From: Zootoca vivipara
Taxonomy: Eukaryota
Assembly: GCF_963506605.1 (NCBI RefSeq)
Contig: NC_083276.1
Coordinates: forward strand, 82,522,001 to 82,586,000
DNA: 64,000 bases
Direction: 5' to 3'
In this document: positions 12,043 through 24,498 of the stretch, piece by piece
How the letters are laid out: the number at the start of each line of letters is the position of its first letter
Position numbering within the stretch: the first letter of the stretch is position 1
Notes under the pieces: model-generated
Database searches by the model: none
The model's input: only the letters and a program-made list of their open reading frames with translations
Told to the model about the DNA's origin: nothing
Translations under genes and position numbers: made by a program

Positions 12043-12445
12043 ACCAACGAAAGAAGAGTGGCAGATGAAATTACTGGACTATGCCGAACTGGCGAAACTG
12101 ATGGGAAAAATCTGGAACCAGCAGGATCATGTTTCTCTGAAAGACTGGGAAAAAATTATGTTATATTTGAAAGACAACTGTAAACAATTAACAACGTTAG
12201 CAAGCTTATAGGAAGTTTTGTAAGGTTAAATTTATCACTTATTATGTATCGTTGTTAAGTAAGTATTATATAAGGTTATGATTTAAGAGGAATAAGAAAT
12301 AAAGGAAAATGCAATATATATAGATTACGTGTGAAAACCATCAGCCAGGGAGGAGGGAAGTCACAGCCTCAGGGAGCCAAATGTTTTATTGTGCAAACAA
12401 CAGTCATGTATGAAAATATTTGTAAAATTAATAAAAAAATAAATA
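12043..12445 (+). mobile_element. L1/Tx1-type LINE 3' end
   Basis: Translates PTKEEWQMKLLDYAELAKL...KDWEK (ORF2 C-terminus-like); ends AATAAAAAAATAAATA. Confidence 0.65.
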
Positions 12446-13171
12446 GGAATCTAAAGTGTACAGGTGTTCTACTTAGAGTGGCTGCTCATTTTAACATTCA
12501 TTCGTTCAGAGTTAGCAGGCTCAGTGAATCCCCAAAGTTTTGTGGCCTGACCACAAAACTGGGAAGACCAGTTAAGGAGGAATCTAATGTTCTTTCTCTT
12601 AAACAGCACTCACTCCATGACGTTTGGAAATACAGGAGATGATTGTGGCTTTTATTAGGGTTGTGCATCTGCTCAGAGCAAATCCTTGATCCCAAACTCA
12701 TTCCGGCTGAGTGAGTCAAGGAAGCTCATGATTCTCTTAGGTCAGTCCCACCTGGAGCAATCAAAATGGAGAGGCAGTCAGGTGGTGAGGTGAGTGGGAA
12801 GGAGATGATGGAGTCAAACAATCCCACCTGCATTGTCTCCCTCTTCCCCCACTATTTATTGCCAACCATGTGTTTCATTAGGGCTTAATACCATGGTTGA
12901 ACCTGGGCTAGGAGGGGGGAAGTGAGACAAGGTCACCAATCACATTGAGTTATATAACCCTGATTACACCTTCCCTGGTGGGGTGGGAAGACACACTGAC
13001 CACATGTTCAATTTGAGCTTAAGCTGTTATGTTTTTAATTACAGCCTTTATAAAACTCCTGATTAAATTTAGGGTCCAGGTTGCCTTGGGTTCAGATCAA
13101 TCTCAGCCAGATTGAAACCTAATCATGATTCTTGATTTTATTTCACAAAATTTATCTAATGTTTCATAGTA

Positions 13172-15956
13172 CCGTGTTTCTCATATTTTAAGGCATCCCC
13201 CCAAAATAAGCCATGACAGGATTTCAAAGGGTTGGTGAAAAATAAGACATACCCCGAAAATAAGCACTATCGCAAAGCCCTGACCGAGCGAGAGGCGAAG
13301 GCGCGGGACCCAGCAGGAGCTCCCTGCCTGCTTCCCCGAGCCGTAGCGCATCGGGGGACAGAGCCGAAGATCGGCGGGCGCTCCTTGCTGGGCTTGACAA
13401 GCCCGGCAAACAGCGCCCGCCGATTTTGGACCTGTGCTGTGTGACGGGCGGGGGTGGGTGGGGAAGCGGAGATCGTTCTCCGCTCTCCCCCCACCCCCGC
13501 CTGTCACCGAAGATCGGCGGGCGCTGTTTGCTGGGCTTGACAAGCCCGGCAAACAGCGCCCGCCGATCTTCGGACCTGTGCTGTGTGACAGGCGGGGGTG
13601 GGGGGGAAGCGGAGATCGTTCTCCGCTCTCCCCCCACCCCCGCCTGTCACCGAAGATCGGCGGGCGCTCCTTGCTGGGCTTGACAAGCCCGGCAAACAGC
13701 GCCCTCCGATCTTCGGACCTGTGCTGTGTGACAGGCGGGGGTGGGGGTGGGGAAGCGGAGATCGTTCTCCGCTCTCCCCCCACCCCCGCCTGTCACCAAA
13801 GATCGGCGGGCGCTGTTTGCTGGGCTTGACAAGCCCGGCAAACAGCGCCCGCCGATCTTCGGCCCTGTGCTGTGTGACGGGCGGGGTGGGGGGAAAAGCG
13901 GAGATCGTTCTCCGCTCTCCCCCCACCCCCGCCTGTCACCGAAGATCGGCGGGCGCTGTTTGCTGGGCTTGACAAGCCCGGCAAACAGCGCCCGCCGATC
14001 TTCGGCCCTGTGCTGTGTGACAGGTGGGGGTGGGGGAGAAGCGGAAATCGTTCTCCGCTCTCCCCCCACCCCCGCCTGTCACCGAAGATCGGCGGGCGCT
14101 GTTTGCTGGGCTTGACAAGCCCGGCAAACAGCGCCCGCCGATCTTCGGCCCTGTGCTGTGTGACAGGCGGGGGTGGGGGGGAAGCGGAGATCGTTCTCTG
14201 CTCTCCCCCCACCCCCGCCTGTCACCGAAGATCGGCGGGCGCTCCTTGCTGGGCTTGACAAGCCCGGCAAACAGCGCCCGCCGATCTTCGGACCTGTGCT
14301 GTGTGACAGGCGGGGGTGGGGGGGAAGCGGAGATCGTTCTCCGCTCTCCCCCCACCCCCGCCTGTCACCGAAGATCGGCGGGCGCTGTTTGCTGGGCTTG
14401 ACAAGCCCGGCAAACAGCGCCCGCCGATCTTCGGCCCTGTGCTGTGTGACGGGCGGGGGTGGGGGGGAAGCGGAGATCGTGCTCCGCTCTCCCCCCACCC
14501 CCGCCTGTCACCGAAGATCGGCGGGCGCTGTTTGCTGGGCTTGACAAGCCCGGCAAACAGCGCCCTCCGATCTTCGGACCTGTGCTGTGTGACAGGCGGG
14601 GGTGGGGGTGGGGAAGCGGAGATCGTTCTCCGCTCTCCCCCCACCCCCGCCTGTCACCAAAGATCGGCGGGCGCTGTTTGCTGGGCTTGACAAGCCCGGC
14701 AAACAGCGCCCGCCGATCTTCGGCCCTGTGCTGTGTGACGGGCGGGGTGGGGGGAAAAGCGGAGATCGTTCTCCGCTCTCCCCCCACCCCCGCCTGTCAC
14801 CGAAGATCGGCGGGCGCTGTTTGCTGGGCTTGACAAGCCCGGCAAACAGCGCCCGCCGATCTTCGGCCCTGTGCTGTGTGACAGGTGGGGGTGGGGGAGA
14901 AGCGGAGATCGTTCTCCGCTCTCCCCCCACCCCCGCCTGTCACCGAAGATCGGCGGGCGCTGTTTGCTGGGCTTGACAAGCCCGGCAAACAGCGCCCGCC
15001 GATCTTCGGCCCTGTGCTGTGTGACAGGCGGGGGTGGGGGGGAAGCGGAGATCGTTCTCTGCTCTCCCCCCACCCCCGCCTGTCACCGAAGATCGGCGGG
15101 CGCTCCTTGCTGGGCTTGACAAGCCCGGCAAACAGCGCCCGCCGATCTTCGGACCTGTGCTGTGTGACAGGCGGGGGTGGGGGGGAAGCGGAGATCGTTC
15201 TCCGCTCTCCCCCCACCCCCGCCTGTCACCGAAGATCGGCGGGCGCTGTTTGCTGGGCTTGACAAGCCCGGCAAACAGCGCCCGCCGATCTTCGGCCCTG
15301 TGCTGTGTGACGGGCGGGGGTGGGGGGGAAGCGGAGATCGTGCTCCGCTCTCCCCCCACCCCCGCCTGTCACCGAAGATCGGCGGGCGCTGTTTGCCGGG
15401 CTTGACAAGCCCGGCAAACAGCGCCCGCCGATCTTCGGCCCTGTGCTGTGTGACGGGCGGGGTGGGGGGAAAAGCGGAGATTGTTCTCCACTCTCCCCCC
15501 ACCCCCGCCTGTCACCGAAGATCGGCGGGCGCTGTTTGCTGGGCTTGACAAGCCCGGCAAACAGCGCCCGCCGATCTTCGGCCCTGTGCTGTGTGACAGG
15601 CGGGGGTGGGGGGAAGCGGAGATCTCCGCTCTCCCCCCACCCCCGCCTGTCACCGAAGATCGGCGGGCGCTGTTTGCTGGGCTTGACAAGCCCGGCAAAC
15701 AGCGCCCTCCGATCTTCGGACCTGTGCTGTGTGACAGGCGGGGGTGGGGGGGAAGCGGAGATTGTTCTCCGCTCTCCGCCCACCCCCGCCTGTCACCGAA
15801 GATCGGCGGGCGCTGTTTGCTGGGCTTGACAAGCCCGGCAAATAGCGCCCGCGTGCACTTTATTAAAAAATAAGACATCCCTTGAAAATAAGCCATGTCG
15901 TGTTTTTTTGAGGAAAAAATTAATATAAGACATGTCTTATAATATGAGAAACACGG
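13172..15956. mobile_element. Tc1/mariner (Tc2-like) non-autonomous transposon with internal satellite
   Basis: TIRs CCGTGTTTCTCATATT / AATATGAGAAACACGG, TA duplication, repeated subterminal AAAATAAG(A/C)CA motifs at both ends. Confidence 0.9.
13364..15852. repeat. 143-bp GC/CpG-rich double-palindrome tandem repeat, 17 units + partial
   Basis: Units start at 13364, 13507, 13650, 13796, 13939, 14082, 14225, 14368, 14511, 14657, 14800, 14943, 15086, 15229, 15372, 15515, 15653 and 15796. Confidence 0.97.
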
Positions 15957-17295
15957 TAAAAAACCAAAAACAACCGTCAAAGCAGTTTCTAAAAACAATG
16001 GTTTAAAAAATCAGGATTGCCAAATTGGGTCTGGACCAAATTATGAGTACTTTGCACAACCCTAGATTTTAACCCCATGGGCAATTGAAAAGAAAGGCAG
16101 TTTATCTGTCTACAACGTAGGTGAGAAAGCAAAAATTATCACTGTTTAGGATCTATAAAAAAAAACACCATTTTAGGCTAAATAACATGACACACTATAT
16201 TTTTCTTTTTAAAATGTCACAAACGTTTATGGAATAAACATAATTTTAAATAAGAAATAAATTCAAGCAATTTATATCAATACTCGGCTTTACTGACCAA
16301 ATCCTCCACCTTTACCATCTAACACCAGAGAATAATTATTCTATCTAAGTTTTGAATACTCTGTATTATCCAGGGAATGTGTTCCCAAGTGGCAAACCAG
16401 TGCTTGTATTAATAGCATAGTAGCAAAGTGGGGTCTCCCACAACTGCAGAGCTGCATTATTCTAGCTGGAGGTAAGATACTAGGAGATGGTAGCACCCAT
16501 CTTTTCATGCATTCAAGCTAGTCTCCATTTGTTTCAGTCCTCATTTTAAAAATGCAATTGACAAATGGGAAAGGAGTTACTCTTAAAGTTTGAGAGAGAA
16601 AGAGGAGCTGCATGAGGAACGAATCAGAAAATTGGCTTGTATTCAGCTTGGAGGGTTTCTTCAGTCCTTTACCATCCATTAGGATTAGATGAAACATCTT
16701 TTTTTACCTGTGTTATGTAACAAAGCCTAAGAAGACAGAGTTCATTTCTTTTCAAAGTGCCACTCTGCCTCAGAATAGGTAGCAGGGGGTGGTTCACTGC
16801 ACAAGACAAGGGAGAAATTTGGTCCTCTTCCCACTTGAATGCAAAACTACGTAGATTGCTATTGTTAAAGCAATGCACAGGCCAAAACACACCTGTCCTT
16901 CAAAATTTCCACTTCTTTGAACTTTCCCATGGTAAATCTGCATATAGAGGGAAGGTGTTCATAAATAGCCATATATGCATGAAATACAACTTATATAGAT
17001 TAATTATATTAAGCAACGTTGCTTACAGATTTGTGCATATTACGAAAAAATGAATACTGAACGGCTTATAAATTTACAAAATGACATTGGGGGAAGAAAA
17101 CACTTGCTCGGTGAAGATTTAAAAAATGAGAAATTGAAATAGATAGATTTGTCCAGCCATACATTTGCAGCAATTCCAATGTATTTCAAAACCTAGAGGC
17201 AGGGTTAATGCCAAGGGTTAGATCAGAAAGATTTTTTAAAACTAATAAGACTTCACTTCCTTTTCCCTTTCAGGTCAGATAACATTATTGGTAAC

Positions 17296-18249
17296 ATGAA
17301 TAAGGGAAATGACAGCTTAGTGACTGAATTTCTCTTGCTGGGGCTTTCTGTCTTTGGAAAGAAACCAACTCTACTTTTCCTAGGTTTCTCTCTTATCTAT
17401 GGTACTATCCTGGTCTTCAACATCACCATCATGACTGTCATCCTGTTCGACCGGACTTTACACAGCCCCATGTACTATCTACTCTTTGCATTCTCCGCAT
17501 CAGAAACCTGCAGCACATTTGCCACCATCCCCAAGCTGCTGGTGACTCTGGTAACAGGCAGTCAATCCATTTCCTTTGTTGAGTGTGCCATGCAGCAATT
17601 TTGTTTCTTTGGCTTCTCTGGAAGCAACTGTTTCCTGCTTGTTTCTATGGCTTACGACCGGTATGTAGCAATATGCTCCCCACTTCAGTACCATATACTG
17701 ATGAACAAAAGGGTTTGTACCCAAATGGTAGCGGCTTCGTGTGTAACTGGATGTATCATATCACTGAGTATTAATACCCTTATTTTCAGGTTGCCCTTCT
17801 GTGGGCCAAATGGAATCAGGCATTTCTTTTGTGATTTCCTACCTGTGCTAAGGCTGGCTTGCATTGATGAATCGGTCTTGCACCTGACTAACATTGCAAT
17901 CATTATTTTGTGTGCCATTGTTTTGCTGGGCACAGTCATAGTGATGTTTGTCTCATACCTTTACATCATTTCTGCCATCCTAAGGATCCCCTCCAGCTTA
18001 GGAAGGCAGAAAGCCTTCTCCACATGTGTTTCCCACCTCACAGTGGTGATAACACACTTTGGGTGTGCATCCTTTGTGTATTTGAGACCCAAGTCTTCTT
18101 CATCGCTAGATCAGGACACCTTGATCTCAGTGACTTATGTCTTTCTAACCCCTCTACTGAACCCTGTGATTTATACCTTAAGAAACAGGGAGGTTAGAAT
18201 AGCCATAAAGAAATTACTTGTGCACTCATTCCATTCTCAGAAACTGTGA
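17296..18249 (+). CDS. Olfactory receptor, OR10-like, intact (317 aa), paralog of 10496
   Basis: Same motif set; acceptor ttttccctttcAG at 17273. Confidence 0.96.
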   Translation: MNKGNDSLVTEFLLLGLSVFGKKPTLLFLGFSLIYGTILVFNITIMTVILFDRTLHSPMYYLLFAFSASETCSTFATIPKLLVTLVTGSQSISFVECAMQQFCFFGFSGSNCFLLVSMAYDRYVAICSPLQYHILMNKRVCTQMVAASCVTGCIISLSINTLIFRLPFCGPNGIRHFFCDFLPVLRLACIDESVLHLTNIAIIILCAIVLLGTVIVMFVSYLYIISAILRIPSSLGRQKAFSTCVSHLTVVITHFGCASFVYLRPKSSSSLDQDTLISVTYVFLTPLLNPVIYTLRNREVRIAIKKLLVHSFHSQKL

Positions 18250-18554
18250 ACAGAAGGCATTTTGACATTTTGTTAATGGACGTCCAAGCCCTGATGAAGG
18301 ATGCAGTTGATTCAGCAGGGCCTGCTACTTAACATGAGTGGGTAGCTTGAGAGCATTTTACTGTCGGAAGAAAAGCTAAATCGCCTCTCCCACATTATCT
18401 GTTTCCAGTCCTGGTCACATCCACCAAATACATTCCAAAATACATGGAATGCCAATCCACACATTAAATGTTACAGGTAGCTTGGCCCTGAATAGCACAA
18501 TATAGTTCTATAGTACAGCTTGCCCATCCAGTTCATCAGTATTTGTCCTTGAGC

Positions 18555-19155
18555 TGTTGTTGTTGTTTAGTCGTTTAGTCGTGTCCGACTCTTCGTGACC
18601 CCATGGACCATAGCACGCCAGGCACTCCTGTCTTGCACTGCCTCCCGCAGTTTGGTCAAACTCATGTTCGTAGCTTCGAGAACACTGTCCAACCATCTTA
18701 TCCTCTGTCGTCCCCTTCTCCTAGTTCCCTCAATCTTTCCCAACATCAGGGTCTTTTCCAAGGATTCTTCTCTTCTCATGAGGTGGCCAAAGTATTGGAG
18801 CCTCAGCTTCACGATCTGTCCTTCCAGGGAGCACTCAGGGCTGATTTCCTTAAGACTGGATAGGTTTGATCTTCTAGCAGTCCATGGGACTCTCAAGAGT
18901 CTCCTCCAGCACCATAATTCAAAAGCATCAATTCTTCGGCGATCAGCCTTCTTTATGGTCCAGCTCTCACTTCCATACATCACTACTGGGAAAACCATAG
19001 CTTTAACTATACGGACCTTTGTCGGCAAGGTGATGTCTCTGCTTTTTAAGATGCTGTCTAGGTTTGTCATTGCTTTTCTCCCAAGAAGCAGGCATCTTTT
19101 AATTTCGTGACTGCTGTCACCATCTGCAGTAATCAAGGAGCCCAAGAAAGTAAAA
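18555..19155 (-). mobile_element. RTE/BovB LINE 3' fragment (open C-terminal ORF region)
   Basis: ORF 18567-19166 (...VFPVVMYGSESWTIKKADRRRIDAFELWCWRRLLRVPWTARRSN...) is typical BovB; (CAA)n tail; TSD TCCTTGAGC (18546-18554, 19156-19164). Confidence 0.93.
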
Positions 19156-19357
19156 TCCTTGAGCAATGAATATTAACTCAATGAATCAGTACACAGTGAT
19201 TTGTACTGTGAGAATTGTTGGATGTGATTCATGCAGAATATAATATGGAAAGACAACATATGTACATTTTCATCTTTTAATGACAGAATAGATTATGTAT
19301 AATTGTCCCTATTAAACTGGAATGTAGACCCTAAGCAATGAAACTTCTTCTTTACCA

Positions 19358-19702
19358 TCTAAATCACTGAGCCTAGGGCTTGCCGATCGGAAGTTCGGCA
19401 GTTCAAATCCCTGCGAAGCGGTGAGCTCCCGTTGCTCAGTCCCTGCTCCTGCCAACCTAGCAGTTCGAAAGCACATCAAAGTGCAAGTAGATAAATAGGT
19501 ACCACTCCAGTGGGAAGGTAAACAGCGGTTCCGTGCACTGCCCTGGTTGCACCAGAAGAGGCTTAGTCATGCTGGCCACATGACCCAGAAAAACTGTCTG
19601 CGGACAAACGTCAGCTCCCTTGGCCAGTAAAGCGAGATGAGTGCTGCAACCCCAGAGTCATTCGCGACTGGACTTAACTCTCATGGGTCCTTTACCTTTT
19701 AC
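19358..19702 (+). mobile_element. Sauria SINE
   Basis: Similar to 24499-24857; cctttacctttt tail. Confidence 0.85.
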
Positions 19703-20641
19703 TGGCAATGTAAATGAGCCAAATGAAAGGTGATTTGGGCTTGCAGAATCTACTTTCCTTTTTCCTTTAACACTGAGGCTGAACTACTGGAGCCAAATGT
19801 AAAATAATGGCAAGGTTGGAAGCAGACATACTTAGAATTAAAGAACAGGATGCCTCTTTATTGTGCATCACCTTGAGGGAGGTATTTGAAATGTGATTAA
19901 TAAATCAGTAATAATAACAGAACTGAAACACAGCAATCCTTTGAATTTTTCACTTTTCTGAATTTTGTAATGTGGTTCTACAGCCAAGTAATTGTACAAA
20001 TTGCATATACTAGTGTAAACTGTGCATAGAAATTTCACATTTTAGTGAAAATTGCTTTGCAAAATGTAAATATTGGTCACAACTGGAAAAAATATGAATA
20101 TTAAGAGTAATTTACACAAACATGCAGATGAGTTTTCATGAGGAGTATTTTTTAAATTTAAATCCATGGACATGTTGAGAACTGAACTTAAGAGTCAACA
20201 AACAAAAAATGGAGGGGAACTGAAACGGACAGATTCACCCACCCCAGTGCTGAAGATGCAACTTTTTTTCTATGGCCTCTGAAAGTTGAACTGTATTATT
20301 ATGACCCTCCTGAAAAGGGTAAATGAATGTATCAGTTTTTCCTTTGTGTTGATGGTTGGTTTTATTCCATTTTAAACTATTGTTTACTCTGGAACCTTAT
20401 GATGAAGAGTGGGTGATAAATCTAATAAATAAATATAAATACATTGTTGTTGTTGTTGTTGTTGCTGTTGTTGTTGTTAGAATCATAGAATGGAATACAG
20501 GGGGTTGTTGTTAGTATTCAACACAGGTTTGCTGTCCTGGGATCATAAATTCACAAATGTATTTTATAGCTTTCTCCTGCAAATGTGGATATATAGGATT
20601 GCAACATTATTCTTCATTTTCAGATCATTACTAGATGATTA

Positions 20642-20891
20642 CAGTGGAACCTCTATTTGCGACCATAATCCGTTCTGGAGGTCCGTTCGGAGGTCCAAAC
20701 AGGTCGCTGGGAGAGGTGCCGTTGTGCGCAGGCGCGGGCAGCGATTGCCCGCTTCTGCGCATGTGTGAATGGCAATCGCCACTCCTGCGCGTGCGCAAAT
20801 GGTGGCAAACCCGCTGGTTACTGCCAGGTTTGCCACAGTCGCGACTTGGAATGACCATAAGAAGAGGTGGTGGTAGGCAGAGGTTCGACTG
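20642..20891. mobile_element. Tigger/pogo-like MITE
   Basis: TA-CAGTGGAACCTCT...AGAGGTTCGACTG-TA. Confidence 0.75.
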
Positions 20892-23834
20892 TATTGTGCA
20901 TGTATTATTAACATGTCAGACATTTCCATGCGGAAGCGAGGTTGGGGACATGCTTTTATCTCTGCTGAATCTGGCCTTGCATCTCCTTCCTTTGACATCT
21001 ATGTGTTTAGTGTGCTTGTCTGCCATGGAACTGCAGCATCAGCACCTACTTGCAAGTAGAGGCTCTGTGTGTGATTGGCACACCTATAGAGCCATGCATT
21101 GGGGTTCCTTTGAAGACAATGATGTTCAAAATAGGGATGTTAGAGAAATGAGATGCAGTGTCAGAGAAGGGAGACGGGTATTAAAGCAACAACTCTGCTC
21201 CAGTTTAGCATGGAATTGCTCTACACTTGAGTAATGCCTGAAGCTATTTTCTCTCACATGGTGCAATCTGAAATTTGTTCCATTTGTTTTTCTTCTGCTT
21301 CTGTTTAATCATTTTCCATCTTGTGAACTCTTGGTGCACCCGATTGCCATTTGCAAACAATCTCTGGGGGTGCAGGTCTCTGCAACTTCAGGACTGAAAT
21401 ATTGTTGTGTGGCGTGTACTGCGCACCTGGGATTCATTAGAGTAAATATGAACTCTGCCTTTACCCACAGGATATCATAGTGTGGGGTTTGTTTGTTTTT
21501 AAACACAACCATACTGTATTAATTTTCCATGAATAAAATGAGAGAATCAAGTCTTTTCAAACTATCGCATGCAGATCATTAAATCAGAAGGCTTTGAAAA
21601 GTCCATGTTCTCTTGCCCTCTTCCACACTTTCCATACAGTAAGTTCAATAATATTCCCTACCGGTAAGTATAATGTGTTTCACTAACAAATAGAGGGGTG
21701 GGATGACAGACAGTAGCCCAACTGAAGAAGCTCATAGCCTAGAGGATGAGCATATGCATTGCACCCAAAAGGTCCCAGGTCCTATCTCTTGAATCTTCAG
21801 GTCGGGCTGTGAAATGTTGGAGACACACTGTTTGTCAGTGCAGGCCAAACTGACCAAGATGGACCAATGGTCTGAGTCAGTATAAAAGTAGTTAGAGATA
21901 GAGAGGAAATCTGTACGAAACATATTTATCAATGGAATTTGGCACTTCTGAACATACTGGATTACTTCTTACATAAAGTATTCTCTTAAAACTAAGCCAC
22001 TGGTGCATTGTCACTTTTAAAAAAAATGCACAACTGATTATATTCAAAATTTTAATCAAAATTATAGAGGGTGGAGCATGTTGCATGTATAAAAGAGTCA
22101 AGCCCAATGTGGTACTATGTTTTAACTATTAATATGTATGAATTTTTATACAGTTACATGCTTTTTTTGTATGCATCTGTTTTACGTGCTGGTTACTTTA
22201 GGGAACCTGGAGTGCATATGCATATAATACCCAAGAAATGTTCGTATTTTTAGTGGAACCAGGGGGAAGGAATACCTTCCTTCTTGACAAGATCAAAGGA
22301 GCAAGACAAGAATTAGAAAGAAAGAAAAACTCATGTGGATAAGTTCAGCATCAAGTTTTTCCGAAGGTTCCCTCCCTAAAGGTAGCTTCCATTGCTTCTG
22401 CTTTACTTTCTACTTCTGAGTAAACTTGCAGAAGACCTGCCTTCAGACATAAGGCTCATCCATACTTACCTCTGCTTCACATTTCAAAGGACAGGTTCCG
22501 GCTTTCTGGGTCTGCATCCCAGCTCTTTTCTTAATTTTTGACCAGCTGCTTTCTCCATGAAGAGCTGTTTGCCACTGAATTGGAGCAAACAGCAATCCAC
22601 AGAAAATTCAAATTGTCATTTGCTCTGATTCAGCAATAAAGATTGGGTTTAGGGAAAGTTGCAGGCCAAGAAACAAAAAGTGCTCGGACACAGACCGGAG
22701 AAAGCTTGGGCCTATGCCTAGAAAGTATGGGGCAAAAGGTAAGCCCTGAATCTCACTATTTTCCATACTGAAAGAAGAGGAAGCAGTGAAGAGGTTAGTA
22801 GGATGGATTCTATAAAGTTCTCAGAAATGTAATATTTCCACATTAATCTGATGGGGGCTGTTCTACAACCCCTTGCATACATGTGCAGCGGTAAAGGCAT
22901 AAGTAAGCTTTTAAAATTGTGTGCCTGCTTTTTTAATTGATCCTAAGATGTTCTTGATTGTTAAGCTGCTATTGGAACAAAAAGGGGATGGGGGGATTTT
23001 ACTCATGTAACTTGAGGATAGGGAGAACTCTGTTATTGTTACATTAATTCCAAATTGAAGTCTTTTTATCTTTTGTTTTCTGGAACCTGTCCTGAAGCTT
23101 TATTGAATAGCATAATGAAAATCAGTATCAGTAAATGCCTCTTGGGGGAGTTAAATAATAGGGGGGGGGGCAGGGTAACTTCAGTGATAACTGTGCCATT
23201 TAAAGAACGCTGTCTTGTTCACCAAATTGAAGGCGGCTAATTACCCTTCAACACTCTTTCCTCCCTTTCCTTATACTCACAACCAGGGTGATTTAAAAGA
23301 AAAAGATTCTTATCCCACCCTAAGTCTAAGCTGAGTTGGTGATTCAAAATATAGAACCAGAAGGTGGTGATTATTGTGCATTAGTCAGCACTGAATGTTT
23401 TGTGGTGGAGCATTCAGGCGAGGCTTCCTTCTTTATTTGAGTTTCCAGAAATAAAATAACCTCATCCCAGGACTCTTCTTGACTTGATCCCCATCCTAGT
23501 ACACACACCCCGTGTAAAATGTCCTTAGTAGCCTTATCACTGCTGAGCAGCGAAACATTGTTTTTAAAAGGAGAAAAAGAGCCAGTGAGCCCTTGGGCGA
23601 TGCCATAAAAGAAAAGAAAAGAACTAGGAATGAGCAGATCACGATTCGAAAGGCCTGTAGACATGCAATCTAATCTGCATGTCTATGTTCCCATCCAGCC
23701 CATCAAATGTAGACCATGGAGTTTTGTCCCAAAATCGGGAACCAACCATAATCTTCCCCCATCCTTACCTGTCACCCTGCAAATATTATTCTACTCCACC
23801 TCCCATCAGCTACAGCCAGCATGACATGCTCAAT

Positions 23835-23840
<6 letters not shown>

Positions 23841-23883
<43 letters not shown>

Positions 23884-24018
23884 TTTATACCCCACCCATC
23901 TGGCTGGGTTTCCCCAGCCACTCTGGGCGGCGTCCAACAAAAAAATAAAAATACAATATAACATCAGATATTAAAAACTTCCCTAAACAGGGCTGCCTTC
24001 AGATGTCTTCTAAAAGAT
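23841..24018 (-). mobile_element. L2 LINE 3' end with (AAT)n tail
   Basis: tttataccccacccatctggctgggtttccccagccactctgggcggc...; related pieces at ~27568-27665, 44971-45140 and 56900-57070. Confidence 0.7.
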
Positions 24019-24498
24019 GTCACTTGTTGCAGTGAGTAACAAGACAGCTATAAGTAAGGGAACGTACATTATATTCAGACGGTGTTAACCAAAGCACTGG
24101 AGTGACATTCTTTAGTTGTGTGATCTTGGGAGAAAACACAAGTAGTCTTTTGGTCCGAGCCATGTACTTTGCCCAGAGAGCTGTAGTCCCAAAGCATATC
24201 GTAGCATCCATTCCTGCTCTCCGTCCCTGCTTAATGTGATGCTAGTTATCATGTGTTAAAAAAAAATCTCTTCCATGTGGCTTCTCACTACTAGCAAAAT
24301 GGCCAAAACATACAGGCATGCATGATTTTATTTGTACACTGCCTTTCCATAGTTAAAACCATGCTCAATGTGGCTTACAGCATGGGGGGGTCATAATTAC
24401 AAACATAACAAAGTAGTCATGAACAGTAAATAAAACATCTAAAAGTGCACAACCAAATTAAGCAATTTCCACATAAATCATTACAATATCTAAAAATC

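Larger units (their letters stand above)
12656..16064. mobile_element. Old hAT-like non-autonomous element hosting the Tc2-like MITE
   Basis: 12-bp TIRs TAGGGTTGTGCA / TGCACAACCCTA; degenerate 8-bp flanks gcttttat / gattttaa. Confidence 0.55.

Noticed and set aside
13364-15852. CRISPR-like array (palindromic repeats at regular spacing)
   Set aside because: No unique spacers (the whole unit repeats), no cas genes, vertebrate context.
13181-15998. Dozens of overlapping 120-210 aa Pro/Gly/Arg-rich ORFs on both strands
   Set aside because: By-products of a GC-rich palindromic 143-bp repeat (period not divisible by 3); no domain features.
18567-19166. Domesticated or horizontally acquired RT gene
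   Set aside because: An ordinary 5'-truncated BovB copy with tail and TSD; BovB in squamates and its horizontal transfer are already well known.
20635-21234. 199-aa ORF
   Set aside because: Starts inside a Tigger-like MITE and runs into unique DNA; no recognisable protein motifs.
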